Shown here: piece after piece, positions 49,528 to 60,697 of the stretch
Layout of the letters: each line of letters opens with the position of its first letter
Numbering within the stretch: position 1 is the stretch's first letter
Assembly: GCA_023261505.1 (NCBI GenBank)
Contig: JAHFOV010000004.1
Coordinates: 1 to 63,752 of the forward strand
Origin: Planctomycetota bacterium
GTDB taxonomy: Bacteria; Planctomycetota; Brocadiia; Brocadiales; Bathyanammoxibiaceae
Direction of reading: 5' to 3'
Length of the DNA stretch: 63,752 nucleotides
The notes under the pieces: model-generated
Databases searched by the model: none
Seen by the model: the letters and a program-made list of their open reading frames with translations, nothing else
What the model was told of the DNA's origin: nothing
Made by a program: the position numbers and the translations under genes

Positions 49528-51479
49528 TCTCCAGCTTTAGGCCCAGGGGTGACCAGCCCAAGGCCATAAAAACACTTGTGGAGGGGTTCCTCTCTGGAAG
49601 GCAATGTCAGACCCTTCTTGGGGTGACAGGCTCAGGGAAAACTTTTACCATGGCCAACGCCATCGAGGCCCTGGGAAAACCTACTCTAGTTATGTCCCAT
49701 AATAAAACCTTAGCCGCCCAACTTTATAGCGAATTTAAGGAATTCTTCCCTCACAATCCTGTCCGATATTTTGTAAGCTATTATGACTATTATCAGCCAG
49801 AGGCTTACATACCCCAGAGAGACATCTATATAGAAAAGGAGGCCACCGTAAATCCGGAGCTTGACCGCCTTCGCCTGGCTGCTACCAGTTCCCTTATGAG
49901 CCGAAGAGATGTCATAATTGTTGCCAGTGTCTCTTGCATATACGGTCTGGGTTCTCCGGAGGAGTACCAAGAGATGTACATCCCCCTCCGAAAAGGTGAA
50001 GAGATAGAGAGGAATAAACTCCTCAGAAAATTAGTAAATATTCAATATGATAGGAATGACTTTGATTTTGAGCGGGGCACCTTCAGGGTCAGAGGTGATG
50101 TAGTGGAAGTGTACCCCGCCTATGAAGAATGGGGTTACAGGATAGAGTTTTTTGGTGATGAAATAGATAGACTATCTGTGATAGACCCTACTACTGGGGA
50201 AGTGCTGAGCCAGGAGCAGGTACTGGACATCTATCCTGCTAAACATTTCGTTATGCCCGAGGGCAAGATAGAAGGCGTAGTGGCCTCCATTGAAAAAGAG
50301 CTAGTGGAGTGGCTAGGGGTACTCCGCTCCAGGGGAAAACACCTGGAGGCACAGCGTCTTGAGGCCCGCACACGTTACGACATAGAAATGCTTCTAGAAA
50401 CCGGTTACTGCCACGGGATTGAAAATTACTCCCGGCACATCAGCGGTAGGCCAGCGGGAGAACCCCCTTTTACCCTTATAGATTACTTCCCCGAAGATTT
50501 CTTATGTATAGTGGATGAATCCCACGTAACCATTCCCCAAATAGGAGGCATGTATAATGGAGACCGTTCAAGAAAAGAGACCCTAGTAGACTATGGCTTC
50601 CGACTCCCCTCCGCTCTGGATAACCGTCCCTTAAAGTTTGAGGAATGGGAAAATAAAATCCATCAGGTGCTCTTTGTCTCAGCCACTCCTAGCCCTTACG
50701 AGCTGGAAAAATGTGGAGGAGAGGTAGCAGAACAGATTATAAGGCCCACCGGCCTACTCGACCCAATTATTCACGTAAAACCTGCAAGTACACAGGTAAA
50801 AGACCTGATGGAACAAATCCGCCAGAGGGCCAAAAAAGGAGAAAGGGTACTTGTTACCACCCTTACCAAGCGCCTGGCCGAAGACCTGAGCGAATATATA
50901 CGGGAAGAGGGACTTAAAGGGATGTATCTACACTCGGAACTCGATGCCTTTGAAAGGGTGGAAATACTAAGGGACCTAAGACTCGGCAGATTTGACGTGG
51001 TAGTGGGCGTTAACTTATTAAGAGAGGGACTGGACCTCCCCGAGGTATCACTGGTAGCTATCCTGGACGCTGATAAGGAAGGCTTCCTCCGTTCTGAGAC
51101 CTCTCTAATCCAGACCATTGGCCGAACCGCCAGAAATGTCAATGCTGAGGTTATCCTGTATGCAGACCAGGTAACTTCCTCCATGCGACGGGCTATTGAT
51201 GAAACCAACCGCAGGAGAAAACTCCAGACAGAGTATAACAAAAAGCATGGCATTACTCCACAAACCATCAAAAAAGCGATTAGAAAGGGCATAGAAGAGG
51301 AGGTAGCGGCCAAAAGGTATGCGAGGGAGATAGTAGCCGAGACCGAGGAGGAGTACGTCACAGTGGAGTATATAAATGAGCTAAAGGAGAAGATGCGCGA
51401 GGCCGCCGTCAGGCTGGACTTTGAGAAGGCAGCAGCCTTGAGGGATAAGCTGCAAGCTCTGCAAGCAAAAGTAAATTAA
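49509..51479 (+). CDS. uvrB: Excinuclease ABC subunit B
   Basis: [43 protein letters not shown] and a C-terminal UVR domain. Confidence 0.98.
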   Translation: MAEFKLVSSFRPRGDQPKAIKTLVEGFLSGRQCQTLLGVTGSGKTFTMANAIEALGKPTLVMSHNKTLAAQLYSEFKEFFPHNPVRYFVSYYDYYQPEAYIPQRDIYIEKEATVNPELDRLRLAATSSLMSRRDVIIVASVSCIYGLGSPEEYQEMYIPLRKGEEIERNKLLRKLVNIQYDRNDFDFERGTFRVRGDVVEVYPAYEEWGYRIEFFGDEIDRLSVIDPTTGEVLSQEQVLDIYPAKHFVMPEGKIEGVVASIEKELVEWLGVLRSRGKHLEAQRLEARTRYDIEMLLETGYCHGIENYSRHISGRPAGEPPFTLIDYFPEDFLCIVDESHVTIPQIGGMYNGDRSRKETLVDYGFRLPSALDNRPLKFEEWENKIHQVLFVSATPSPYELEKCGGEVAEQIIRPTGLLDPIIHVKPASTQVKDLMEQIRQRAKKGERVLVTTLTKRLAEDLSEYIREEGLKGMYLHSELDAFERVEILRDLRLGRFDVVVGVNLLREGLDLPEVSLVAILDADKEGFLRSETSLIQTIGRTARNVNAEVILYADQVTSSMRRAIDETNRRRKLQTEYNKKHGITPQTIKKAIRKGIEEEVAAKRYAREIVAETEEEYVTVEYINELKEKMREAAVRLDFEKAAALRDKLQALQAKVN

Positions 51480-51547
51480 ATGAAAATAGCCATTCTCTTC
51501 GGCTCGCTAGCAAGGGTAAAGATAGACTGAATAAAGATAGATTGAAT

Positions 51548-52423
51548 ATGGAATACGACCTTGATTTCAATGAAATAGACACCCTAATAGACATGGCCAT
51601 AAAGGAGGACATCGGCGGAGGCGATGTTACCACTGACAGCCTTATCCCGGAATGGCAAACGGCCAGGGGGGAGATAATAGCCAAGGAGACTGGGATTATA
51701 GCTGGCCTGCCTGTGGCCCAGAGGGTCTATCAACGAATCAACAAGAAGGTCTCTTTTAACCCCAAAGTAGAAGAGGGTGCCAGGGTGCTGCCTGGGCGAA
51801 GTCTGGCAGAGGTATCTGGCCCAGCACGGGGCATCTTATCTGGAGAACGGGTGGCCCTTAACTTTATCCAGAGGCTCTCAGGTATAGCTACTCTTACCTC
51901 ATTGTTTGTAGAGAAGGTTAAGCATTATCATGCCGAAATCTACGACACCCGTAAGACGCTTCCAGGGTGGAGAAGCCTGGAAAAATACGCCGTAAGGGTG
52001 GGCGGCGGGACGAATCATCGTACGGGGCTTTATGACCAGGTTCTCATAAAAGATAATCACCTTAAGGCCCTGAAGGCTGGGCAGGCCCTGGCTAAAGGTG
52101 TGCGACTTGCCAGGGAGAAGGCTCCTCAGTGGATGTTAATAGAAGTGGAGGTGAAAAACTTTGAAGAACTGGAGGAGGCCATTGCTTCAAACCCTGATAT
52201 TATACTTCTGGATAACATGAATGTTGAAGAGATAGCAAAGGCCGTAAAAATCATCCGCCAGGCCAAGCCCCTCCATCCGCCCATGGTAGAGGCATCTGGA
52301 GGAGTTACCCTGGGAAATGTGGAAGCTATTGCCAAGACAGGGGTAGATAGGATTTCCGTGGGCGCCCTCACCCACTCCTCAAAGGCCCTGGACATAGCAC
52401 TGGAAATAAAGGGGATGGGCTAG
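51548..52423 (+). CDS. nadC: Quinolinate phosphoribosyltransferase
   Basis: EDIGGGDVTT, ERVALN, DTRKT, HR.GLYD, IKDNH, LLDN, EASGG and S.GALTHS. Confidence 0.97.
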   Translation: MEYDLDFNEIDTLIDMAIKEDIGGGDVTTDSLIPEWQTARGEIIAKETGIIAGLPVAQRVYQRINKKVSFNPKVEEGARVLPGRSLAEVSGPARGILSGERVALNFIQRLSGIATLTSLFVEKVKHYHAEIYDTRKTLPGWRSLEKYAVRVGGGTNHRTGLYDQVLIKDNHLKALKAGQALAKGVRLAREKAPQWMLIEVEVKNFEELEEAIASNPDIILLDNMNVEEIAKAVKIIRQAKPLHPPMVEASGGVTLGNVEAIAKTGVDRISVGALTHSSKALDIALEIKGMG

Positions 52424-52431
52424 TACCAAGA

Positions 52432-52505
52432 ACAGAATACAGAATATAGAATACAGGAATCAAAATTCTGAATTTTGCATTCTGAATTCTGAATTTTGAC
52501 TACTG
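52432..52505. repeat. Inverted heptamer array between convergent nadC and gpsA (probable bidirectional terminator-like hairpin)
   Basis: (ACAGAAT)n ... (TTCTGAA)n; related arrays at 5196, 7075, 10215, 15321, 25201, 27501, 53534 and 57500. Confidence 0.75.
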
Positions 52506-52518
52506 CTGTTTTCTTATA

Positions 52519-53532
52519 TTATTCTAGCTCCTCCATCTCTGCCCTAGGGCTGCGCATCATGAGGTCGCTGACGGCCTGACGGGGGTCTTTATCCTCATAA
52601 AGGATTCTGTATATCTCCCTGGAGATAGGCATCTCTACTTTATATTTCTTAGCCAGTAATTTAACAGAACGAGTAGTATAAATACCCTCAGCCACCTGTT
52701 CCATTCTCTTCAATATATTTTTTAGCTTTCGCCCCTTTCCTATTTGTTCCCCTACAAAGCGGTTTCTGCCATATTTACTGACACAGGTGGTGATGAGGTC
52801 TCCTAGCCCCGTTAGGCCTGAGAAGGTGGCACGCTGGGCGCCAATTTTAACCCCTAACCTTGCAATCTCCACCAGCCCCCTTGTAATGAGTGCAGCCTTG
52901 GTATTGTCCCCAAATCCCAGGCCATCACATATACCGGCCGCGATAGCAATTACGTTTTTTACTGCTGCACCCACCTCCACACCAACCACATCGGGGTTGG
53001 TGTAAACTCTGAACTGCTCCGTAGTGAAGACCCTCTGAATCTCTTTAGCCAGGGCTTGTTCCCTGGAAGAAGCTACCACAGTGGTAGGCAGATTCCGGGC
53101 GACTTCTTCGGCATGGCTGGGGCCCAGGAGGAGGGACATAGGACTGTTTTCCAGCACATCTAATATAACCTGGCTGGCCATGAGAAGGGTATCGTTTTCT
53201 ATCCCTTTGGCTCCGCTAAGAAGAGGCACTCCAGAAACATAGTAAGGCTTAAACCTTTCCATGACGGCGCGGAGATAAGGAGTGGGAACGGCCACAACAA
53301 AGAGTTCCCTACCTTTTGAGGCAGCTTCCAGATCTGAGGTAAGAACTAAACCTTTAGGGAGGATTACACCTGGAAGATATTTTACATTTTTCCTCTTTTC
53401 CTTAAGGAACTCTATGTATTCCTTAGAATTTCCCCAGAGGAGTACATCCAATCCCTTTTTGTAAAGGAGGAGGGCAAGGGCGGTACCCCAACCGCCGCTA
53501 CCTAGAACAGCTATCTTTTTAACAGGCTTCAT
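52519..53532 (-). CDS. gpsA: NAD(P)H-dependent glycerol-3-phosphate dehydrogenase
   Basis: LGSGGWGTA, KGIE, GPSHAEE, KNVIAIA, GLGDLITTC and SRN-like GRNR. Confidence 0.96.
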   Translation of the reverse strand: MKPVKKIAVLGSGGWGTALALLLYKKGLDVLLWGNSKEYIEFLKEKRKNVKYLPGVILPKGLVLTSDLEAASKGRELFVVAVPTPYLRAVMERFKPYYVSGVPLLSGAKGIENDTLLMASQVILDVLENSPMSLLLGPSHAEEVARNLPTTVVASSREQALAKEIQRVFTTEQFRVYTNPDVVGVEVGAAVKNVIAIAAGICDGLGFGDNTKAALITRGLVEIARLGVKIGAQRATFSGLTGLGDLITTCVSKYGRNRFVGEQIGKGRKLKNILKRMEQVAEGIYTTRSVKLLAKKYKVEMPISREIYRILYEDKDPRQAVSDLMMRSPRAEMEELE

Positions 53533-53605
53533 ATTAGAGGCTGGGGGTTAGGGGTTGATATTTAGTTTTTCCCTAATCCCTATTCCCTAATCCCTAACCC
53601 CTAGT

Positions 53606-54862
53606 TTAGAGAGGAGCTAAAACTTCTTGTTCATAAATAGGGAAGGCCTCGCAAAGTTCCTGGACTTCTTTTATTACTTTCTTTTTTACCTCTCCATCTT
53701 TTGGGGATGAGAGAATCTGGTCTATGAACTGGGCTATCCGTGCCATCTCTGGTTCTTTCATACCCCTGGTAGTACAGGCAGCCACCCCTAATCTTATTCC
53801 GCTCGCTTCAAAGGGGCTGCGAGTATCAAATGGAATAAGGTTTTTGTTAACGGTAATGAAGGCCTCTTCTAGGTATGCCTCTGCCTCTTTTCCTGAGAGG
53901 CCCTTATTGGTAAGGTCCACAAGGAATAGATGATTATCAGTACCTCCAGTAAGAATAAAGTAGCCTCGCTCTTGAAGTGCCTTGGCCAGGGCTCTGGAGT
54001 TGGCAATAGTCTGTTTCTGCCGTTCCACAAACCCCTCTGTCATGGCCTCCTTAAAGCATACCGCCTTAGCGGCAATAATATGCATTAAGGGGCCTCCCTG
54101 CATCCCAGGGAACACTACCGCATCTAACTTTTTGGCATATTTAGCCTTACAGAGGACAAGTCCCCCCCTTGGGCCTCCAAGGGTCTTGTGGGTAGTGGAT
54201 GTCACAAAGTCAGCATAAGGAACAGGGTCAGGATGTACCTTGCCAGCAACAAGCCCCGCTATATGGGCCATATCTACCATAAGGAGGGCCCCTACTTCGT
54301 CCGCAATTTCTCTGAACTTGCTAAAATCTATAGCCCTAGAGTAGGCGCTTGCCCCCGCAATAATGAGGTCAGGACAAAACTCCTCGGCCTGTTTTCGGAT
54401 AACCTCAAAATCCAGTAATTTTGTATCTCTATTAACGCCGTAGGTTCTCGCCTCATAAAGTTGACCTGAGAAGTTCTTCTTGAACCCATGGGTCAAGTGC
54501 CCACCATGAGTAATATCCATTCCCAAGACCTTGCATTCAGGAGTTATTGCAGTGAAGTAAACAGCCATGTTGGCCTGAGAGCCGGCGTGCGGTTGGACAT
54601 TGGCATGTTCAGCCCCGAAGAGTTCCTTGGCCCTCTCGATGGCCAGCCTCTCTGCCACATCAACGTATTCACAACCTCCGTAGTAGCGCTTACCTGGGTA
54701 GCCCTCAGCATATTTATTTGTGAGGATGGAACCCTGTGCCTGAAGTACCGCCGCGGTGCAATAGTTTTCTGAGGCGATAAGCTCCAGATGGGTCTTTTGC
54801 CTTTCCATTTCTCCTTGAATAGCTTGCCATATTTCAGGGTCGACTTGTTTTAGGGGGTCCAT
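53606..54862 (-). CDS. glyA: Serine hydroxymethyltransferase
   Basis: [25 protein letters not shown] and TTHKTL.GPRGG. Confidence 0.98.
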   Translation of the reverse strand: MDPLKQVDPEIWQAIQGEMERQKTHLELIASENYCTAAVLQAQGSILTNKYAEGYPGKRYYGGCEYVDVAERLAIERAKELFGAEHANVQPHAGSQANMAVYFTAITPECKVLGMDITHGGHLTHGFKKNFSGQLYEARTYGVNRDTKLLDFEVIRKQAEEFCPDLIIAGASAYSRAIDFSKFREIADEVGALLMVDMAHIAGLVAGKVHPDPVPYADFVTSTTHKTLGGPRGGLVLCKAKYAKKLDAVVFPGMQGGPLMHIIAAKAVCFKEAMTEGFVERQKQTIANSRALAKALQERGYFILTGGTDNHLFLVDLTNKGLSGKEAEAYLEEAFITVNKNLIPFDTRSPFEASGIRLGVAACTTRGMKEPEMARIAQFIDQILSSPKDGEVKKKVIKEVQELCEAFPIYEQEVLAPL

Positions 54863-54885
54863 TTTCCTTTCCTTTTTAAGTGGCC

Positions 54886-56041
54886 TTATTTATTTTGCAA
54901 AGTGCGACCCTTAGGACCTCCCAACTTGGATGCGTCGAGAGTTGAGTGTTGTGTCGCACTATTAGCCAACCTGTATCTGAGATAAGCATCCAGGAAGGCA
55001 TCAATGTCGCCATCAAGCACGGCCTGGGCATTACTGGTCTCTTTTCCTGTACGCAGGTCCTTCACCAGTGTATAAGGATGGAGCACATAAGAACGTATTT
55101 GATAGCCCCAGGCAATCTCCCCTTTTTCGTCGTAAAGTTGGGAGAGTTGCTTCTTCCGTTCAGCTTCTTTAAGCTGGTAGAACCTTGCCTTTAGCAAACT
55201 CATAGCAGTCCTGCGATTCTGATGCTGAGAGCGCTCGTTCTGGCACTGTACAATAATGCCTGTAGGGATGTGTATAATTCTGACTGCAGAGGAGGTCTTG
55301 TTGACATGCTGGCCCCCTGCTCCCCTCGCCCGGAAGGTTTCTACTCTTAAGTCTTCCTCCCGTATTTCTATTTCAATATCTTCTTCCATTTCGGGCAGGA
55401 CATCTACGGCGGCGAAAGAGGTGTGTCTCCTCTGATTGGCATCAAAAGGAGAAATTCTTACCAGTCTATGTACTCCTGCCTCTCCACAGAGATGCCCGTA
55501 GGCCCACTCTCCTTTTACATGTAAGACAGCCCTTTTTATCCCTGCCTCTTCACCTGGCTGAAGGTCTACAGTATCCTGTTCATAGCCATTTTTTTCCATC
55601 CACCGGGTGTACATCCTGAGAAGCATGGCAGCCCAGTCGCAGGATTCCGTTCCGCCTGCTCCGGCATGGATGCTGAGGTAGGCATTACAATGGTCATGAG
55701 GCTGGTTAAAAAGTGTCTTGAGTTCAAACTTATCTAACTTCCTCTGAAAGCTCTGGAAGGATTGTTCTAATTCCTCTACAAAACTAGAATCTTCTTCAGC
55801 AAGCTGGTCAAGAAGCACCAATTCCTCCCACGACTTTTCCAGTTCTTTAAAAGGAATCGTTATTTCTTTAAGTGCCTTGAGCTTCTTAAGGGTCTCCTGT
55901 GTCTTATCTTTGTCCTTCCACAGGTTTCCGGAGGCTAGCTTTTTTTCAAGCAAAGCTAGCTCCCTTTGTTTGGACTCCGGGTCAAAGAGAGTCCCTCAGG
56001 CTAATGAGGCGAGTTTTAAAGAGATTAAAGTCTTTTAACAT
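54886..56041 (-). CDS. prfB: Peptide chain release factor 2 with programmed +1 frameshift
   Basis: ATG 56041 [19 protein letters not shown], then AGGGA-CTCT-CTT TGA C at 55981-55987; SPF and GGQ motifs downstream. Confidence 0.96.
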
Positions 56042-56068
56042 AATCCTAAACCTCTGATTTACAAAAAC

Positions 56069-56097
56069 ATTTTATCTAGCTTTTTCTGAAAAGTCAA
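56069..56097 (-). promoter_or_regulatory. sigma70-type promoter for prfB-glyA
   Basis: TTGACT-17-TAAAAT on the minus strand, about 30 bp upstream of the prfB ATG. Confidence 0.55.
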
Positions 56098-56198
56098 ACG
56101 GCTTTTGAGGAGGGGCCTTGGCAGAATTGTAAAATGAAGATTGGAAATTATAAATTTAATCCGCCTCGGGCGGACCGATCTGCAATACAATCTTTCCC

Positions 56199-57068
56199 CT
56201 AGAGATCCAACCCTTTCAGGTACTGACGAAAGTCGTCGCCAAGCTCTGGATTCTTTAACGCCAACTCTACTGTGGCCTTCAGGAAGCCAAGCTTGCTACC
56301 ACCGTCATGTACTTTTCCTTTTATCTCGCAGGCGAAGAGGGCCGTATTATCCAACACTTTTTTCAAGGCATCTGTAAGCTGGATTTCCCCATTGGCACCG
56401 GGGGAAGTTCTTTCCAGTATATCAAATATTTCTGGCGGTAAGATGTATCGCCCGATAATCGCCAGGTTTGAAGGCGCTTTTTCTGGGGATGGCTTTTCTA
56501 TCAGGTCTAAGACTTCGTGTACCCCAGAACTTACTTGGTTGGCCTTTATTATTCCGTATCGAGATACCTCAGACTGCTCCACCCTGCTCACTCCAATCAC
56601 AGGGTCTTTGTAATGTTCATACACATCCATTAGCTGTTTAAGTCCCGGCGTCTCCGAGTCTATTATCATGTCCCCCAGTAGAACTGCAAATGGTTCGTTC
56701 CCAACTGCCTCACTGGCGCAAAGGACTGCGTGGCCTAATCCAAGGGCCTCCTTCTGCCTCACATAACAGAAGCTTACCAGGTTAGAGATCTTTTGGATTT
56801 CCCTGAGGAGCTTTTCCTCCCCCTTCTGTTCCAGGATACGCTCCAGCTCGGAGGAGGTATCAAAGTGGTTTTCTATAGCCTGTTTTCCCCTTCCTGTTAC
56901 CAGAATGACCTGCTCCACACCCGATTCCTTTGCCTCTTCCACTATGTACTGAATCATAGGTTTGTCTACTATGGGGAGCATCTCTTTGGGAGAGGCTTTG
57001 GTGGCGGGCAAGAACCTGGTGCCCAGGCCTGCTACTGGTAATACAGCTTTTCGTACCTTTTGCTTCAA
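56199..57068 (-). CDS. galU: UTP--glucose-1-phosphate uridylyltransferase
   Basis: PVAGLGTRFLPATKA.PKEMLP, GLGHAV, EKP and EIQLTDA. Confidence 0.96.
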   Translation of the reverse strand: MKQKVRKAVLPVAGLGTRFLPATKASPKEMLPIVDKPMIQYIVEEAKESGVEQVILVTGRGKQAIENHFDTSSELERILEQKGEEKLLREIQKISNLVSFCYVRQKEALGLGHAVLCASEAVGNEPFAVLLGDMIIDSETPGLKQLMDVYEHYKDPVIGVSRVEQSEVSRYGIIKANQVSSGVHEVLDLIEKPSPEKAPSNLAIIGRYILPPEIFDILERTSPGANGEIQLTDALKKVLDNTALFACEIKGKVHDGGSKLGFLKATVELALKNPELGDDFRQYLKGLDL

Positions 57069-57128
57069 GCTTTTCCCGGCTGTAGTAGGCTGGTTTCTTT
57101 TTGGGTTTTGTTAACTGTTTACTGCTCG

Positions 57129-57482
57129 TTAGGTTGTGGCCCTGGCGGTCTGGACCAGTTGATCGAAACCTTTAGCATCATTGATGGCCATATCGGCAAG
57201 AAGCTTTCTATTTATTTCAAGTCCAGCCTTTATTAATCCATTCATGAGCTGGCTGTAAGAAAGGCCTCTCTCTCTGGCAGCCGCATTTATGCGTAAAATC
57301 CACAGCTTCCTGAATTCTCGCTTTCTTGCCCTACGGTCACGATAGGCGAATACGCCTGCCCTCAGGAGAGTTTCCTTAGCTTTCCTGTAGAGTTTACTTC
57401 TACCTCCCCAAAAACCCTTGGCTGCCTTAAGAACCTTCTTCCTGGCTCGTCTCCTGGCAGCCCCCTTCATCGCCCTTGTCAT
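57129..57482 (-). CDS. rplT: 50S ribosomal protein L20
   Basis: AKGF.G, AYRDRR.RKR.FR.LWI.RINAA. Confidence 0.97.
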   Translation of the reverse strand: MTRAMKGAARRRARKKVLKAAKGFWGGRSKLYRKAKETLLRAGVFAYRDRRARKREFRKLWILRINAAARERGLSYSQLMNGLIKAGLEINRKLLADMAINDAKGFDQLVQTARATT

Positions 57483-57602
57483 AGTTCACACTCCTCTTGC
57501 AGAATATTGTATAAAGAATTCAGAATACAGAATAAATAAATTTTTGCAAGCTTCATATATATTCTGAATTCTGACTACTGGATTCCGAATTCGGTGGTTT
57601 GG

Positions 57603-57797
57603 TTACTGGCCCAGCAGATGTTTTACTTTTTTGGCCTGGGTTTCATGAACGAGGCACTTTTTGCGCAAGTGACGACGGCGCTTAGCCGATTTCCCTGACA
57701 TCAGATGGCTTTTATAGGCCCTGCTGTGCAGGACCTTCCCCCTGGCAGTAACTTTAACCCTCTTGGCTAGTCCTCTATGAGTTTTTATCTTTGGCAT
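57603..57797 (-). CDS. rpmI: 50S ribosomal protein L35
   Basis: MPKIKTH...KR.K.T..GK...SH. Confidence 0.96.
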   Translation of the reverse strand: MPKIKTHRGLAKRVKVTARGKVLHSRAYKSHLMSGKSAKRRRHLRKKCLVHETQAKKVKHLLGQ

Positions 57798-57809
57798 AAT
57801 TAGTTTCCT

Positions 57810-58307
57810 TTAGGTCTTTGGGGCTAGGAGTAGACCCATCTTTCTACCGTCAAGTGTCACCTCTTTTTCTACCTTGGCTATATCCTCAAGCTCTTGTGCA
57901 AATTTCATGAGCATTTCCTTTCCTAGCGCCGCATGCACCCTTTCCCTTCCCCTAAAAACCATGTTCACCAGTACTTTATCTTTCTTTTCTAAGAACTTTC
58001 TGGCCTGATTAATCTTCGTCTGGAGGTCATGAGGGTCTATCTTTGGCCTTATCCTCAGTTCTTTTAATTGAGAAGCATGATGTTTTTGTGTCTTTTTCCT
58101 CTGGCGGTACTTGAATTTTCCAAAATTCAAGAGGCGGCAAACCGGCGGAACTGCTTGAGGCGCCACCTCCACTAAGTCCAGTTCTGCTTCCCTTGCCTTT
58201 TGCAACGCCTCCTCCCTTGTAAATACCCCCAACTGGGCGCCCTTATCATCTACAAGCCTTATCTGCTTTGCAAAAATCCTTTCGTTTATTCTGTATTCTT
58301 GAGAAAT
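57810..58307 (-). CDS. infC: Translation initiation factor IF-3 (ATT start)
   Basis: AGGAGG-7nt-ATT at 58307 gives (M)SQEYRINERIFAKQIRLVD..., in frame with the ORF-track protein; DLVEV.P...PPVC and FRGRE. Confidence 0.93.
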   Translation of the reverse strand: MSQEYRINERIFAKQIRLVDDKGAQLGVFTREEALQKAREAELDLVEVAPQAVPPVCRLLNFGKFKYRQRKKTQKHHASQLKELRIRPKIDPHDLQTKINQARKFLEKKDKVLVNMVFRGRERVHAALGKEMLMKFAQELEDIAKVEKEVTLDGRKMGLLLAPKT

Positions 58308-58336
58308 AAAAAAACCTCCTTCTTAAAAAGTTAGTT

Positions 58337-60262
58337 TCAAAGTTTTTCCTTGATTTCCCTCTCTAGACGAACCAAAAGGGCGTCTGTTGAGAGGCTACCT
58401 TCGTCCCCCTTCTCTCTGCTTCTAAGGGAGACTGAACCCTGCTCTACCTCTTTGTCACCTATTATCAGGAGGTACGGCACTTTCTCCATCCTCCCCTCCC
58501 GAATCTTATAGCCAATGGTAGTATTTCTTAGGTCACACTGAACCCTGAGACCTTTTTCTTGAAGACTAGCTTTCACACTGTTGGCATAATCAGCGTGAGT
58601 TTCCTTTATCGTAAGTACCTTCACTTGTGTCGGTGCTATCCATAGGGGGAAGGCTCCAGCATAATGCTCTATTAAACATCCCAGGAAGCGCTCCATGGCC
58701 CCCAATACTGTGCGGTGAATCATTACCACCTTGTGCTCTTTTCCGTCTGGACCTACGTAGTTAACATCAAATCTCTCCGGTAGGTTAAAATCTACCTGGA
58801 TAGTGGGACCCTGCCAGCCCCTGCCAAGGGCATCCTTTATCCTTATATCTATGGAAGGGCCATAAAACTTGGCCTCTCCTTCACCTACCACAAATGGGAG
58901 ATGCTTGTACTCGAGGGCCCGTTTAAGGGCTGTTTCTGCTGCCTCCCAATTTTTGTCACTTCCAATATATTTGTCTTTTTCTCCCTTACCCCTGATGGCC
59001 AGTTCCATCTCGTATTCCCTGAACCCAAATGAGGAAAGCATATACTGGGCCAGTTCTAAAACACCTATTACCTCTCCTTCTAGCTGGCTAGGTGTACAGA
59101 AGATATGAGCATCGTCCTGCGTAAAACCCCTTACCCTTAGAAGGCCATGCAGCACTCCAGAGCGCTCATAGCGATAGACTGTTCCCAGTTCAGCAAGCCG
59201 AATTGGAAGGTCCCGGTAGCTTATAGTTTCAGACTTGAAGATAAGTATAGCAAAGGGGCAGTTCATAGGCTTTACCAGATACTGGCTGGTTTCCAGTTCA
59301 AATGGGGCAAACATACTCTGGCGGTAGAAATCCCAGTGTCCGCTGGTATGCCAGAGGCTAGCCTTGGCTATATGAGGGCTGTAAACAATTTCATAACCTC
59401 TTTTATAGTGTTCGTCACACCAGAACCTCTCTATGACGTTCCTTATACGAGCCCCTTTTGGATGCCAAAGAACTAGCCCAGGACCACAGTCCTCTCTGAA
59501 GCTGTACAACTGCAATTCTTTTCCCAGCTTCCTGTGGTCTCGCCTTTTAGCCTCTTCCAAAAGTTGTATGTATCGCTCCAAATCTTCTCTATTAAAGAAG
59601 GCAGTGCCGTAAATGCGCTGGAGCATTGGGTTTGTTTCCTTGCCCCTCCAGTATGCCCCAGCCACGCTGAGAAGTTTAAAGGCCTTTAACCTACCAGTGG
59701 CAAAAATGTGTGGGCCCCGACAAAGATCGAGAAACTCCCCCTGCCTGTAAAGGCTTATAGCCTCCTCCTCCTCCATATCCTTTAGAAGTTCTACCTTAAA
59801 TGGTTGGCGGATTTCTCCCATCTTCTTTATTGCCTCTTCACATCGGAGGAGTTGTCTCTCAAAGGCCAGGTTTTCCTTTATAATTTTACTCATCTCGGCT
59901 TCTATTTTTTCCAGGTCTTCCTGGGTTAACGGCCTATCCAGACGAAAATCGTAATAGAAGCCATTTTCTATAGTAGGCCCAATTCCCAACTCTGCCCCAG
60001 GAAAGAGCCTCTGTACAGCCTGTGCCATTATATGGGCTGCACTATGACGGAGGATATCTAAACCCTCAGGGGTGTCCTCAGTTATAACAGATAGGGAAGT
60101 ATCTTTCGTTAGGGGAAAACTAAGATCTACAAGAGTGCCGTTGGTTTTTCCTGCTACCGCCTTATCGTAGCAGGATTCACCAAGGTCTTTGGCAACCTGT
60201 TCTACTGTAGTATTTTCCCTGTAAGTCTTTTCTATACCGCCAGGTAACTTAACTTTAACCAC
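58337..60262 (-). CDS. thrS: Threonine--tRNA ligase
   Basis: TGS domain, RHSAAH, DLCRGPH, RDHRKLG, KPMNCP, RVRGFTQDDAH and an anticodon-binding domain. Confidence 0.98.
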   Translation of the reverse strand: MVKVKLPGGIEKTYRENTTVEQVAKDLGESCYDKAVAGKTNGTLVDLSFPLTKDTSLSVITEDTPEGLDILRHSAAHIMAQAVQRLFPGAELGIGPTIENGFYYDFRLDRPLTQEDLEKIEAEMSKIIKENLAFERQLLRCEEAIKKMGEIRQPFKVELLKDMEEEEAISLYRQGEFLDLCRGPHIFATGRLKAFKLLSVAGAYWRGKETNPMLQRIYGTAFFNREDLERYIQLLEEAKRRDHRKLGKELQLYSFREDCGPGLVLWHPKGARIRNVIERFWCDEHYKRGYEIVYSPHIAKASLWHTSGHWDFYRQSMFAPFELETSQYLVKPMNCPFAILIFKSETISYRDLPIRLAELGTVYRYERSGVLHGLLRVRGFTQDDAHIFCTPSQLEGEVIGVLELAQYMLSSFGFREYEMELAIRGKGEKDKYIGSDKNWEAAETALKRALEYKHLPFVVGEGEAKFYGPSIDIRIKDALGRGWQGPTIQVDFNLPERFDVNYVGPDGKEHKVVMIHRTVLGAMERFLGCLIEHYAGAFPLWIAPTQVKVLTIKETHADYANSVKASLQEKGLRVQCDLRNTTIGYKIREGRMEKVPYLLIIGDKEVEQGSVSLRSREKGDEGSLSTDALLVRLEREIKEKL

Positions 60263-60310
60263 GCAGCGACCTTAAACACTTGAACCTTTGAACCCTTGAA
60301 CTCTTAACGG

Positions 60311-60387
60311 TGGTGGGCGATAGTGGACTTGAACCACTGACCTCTTGCTTGTCGAGCAAGCGCTCTAGCCAACTGAGCTAATCGCCC
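60311..60387 (-). tRNA. tRNA-Val(GAC)
   Basis: GGGCGAT acceptor stem, CTTGC-TCGACAA-GCAAG anticodon arm, GGTTCAAGTCC and encoded CCA. Confidence 0.95.
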
Positions 60388-60397
60388 TAAGTAAAAA

Positions 60398-60426
60398 ATG
60401 CTAACAAAAAGACTTAAAACTGTCAA
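60398..60426 (-). promoter_or_regulatory. sigma70-type promoter for tRNA-Val/thrS
   Basis: TTGACA-17-TAGCAT ending 11 bp before the tRNA 5' end. Confidence 0.65.
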
Positions 60427-60446
60427 GGAAATTAAACATAACCTTC

Positions 60447-60697
60447 TGTGGAGTATATAGACATGGGTAACACTTTGGATAATCCGCCTGAGGCGGACCG
60501 TAGGGATAGGCGGCTTGCGACTTTTTCCAGGAGGTGCTACCATGCCCAAATATTATTACTTACAGCTCATTCGTAAGAGATTGGCCTGGATACGCATGTA
60601 TGAAAAAGTCAAATCTGCGGTCTTCCTTCTTACAGTTGAGGCGGTAAGGTCTACAGAAGAAATTGGGTGGGTGCGAAAATGGATGAAAACGGCTTGA
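60447..60697 (+). mobile_element. Possible IS481-family remnant (left end plus transposase N-terminal stub)
   Basis: TGTGGAGTATATAGACATGGGTAACACTTT end-like sequence; GGAGG plus ATG 60542 gives ..RKRLAWIRMYEK..RKW, HTH-like; no DDE domain. Confidence 0.45.

Noticed and set aside
60304-60549. ORF-track 81-aa protein
   Set aside because: It runs through tRNA-Val and its promoter on the same strand, so it is a spurious frame.
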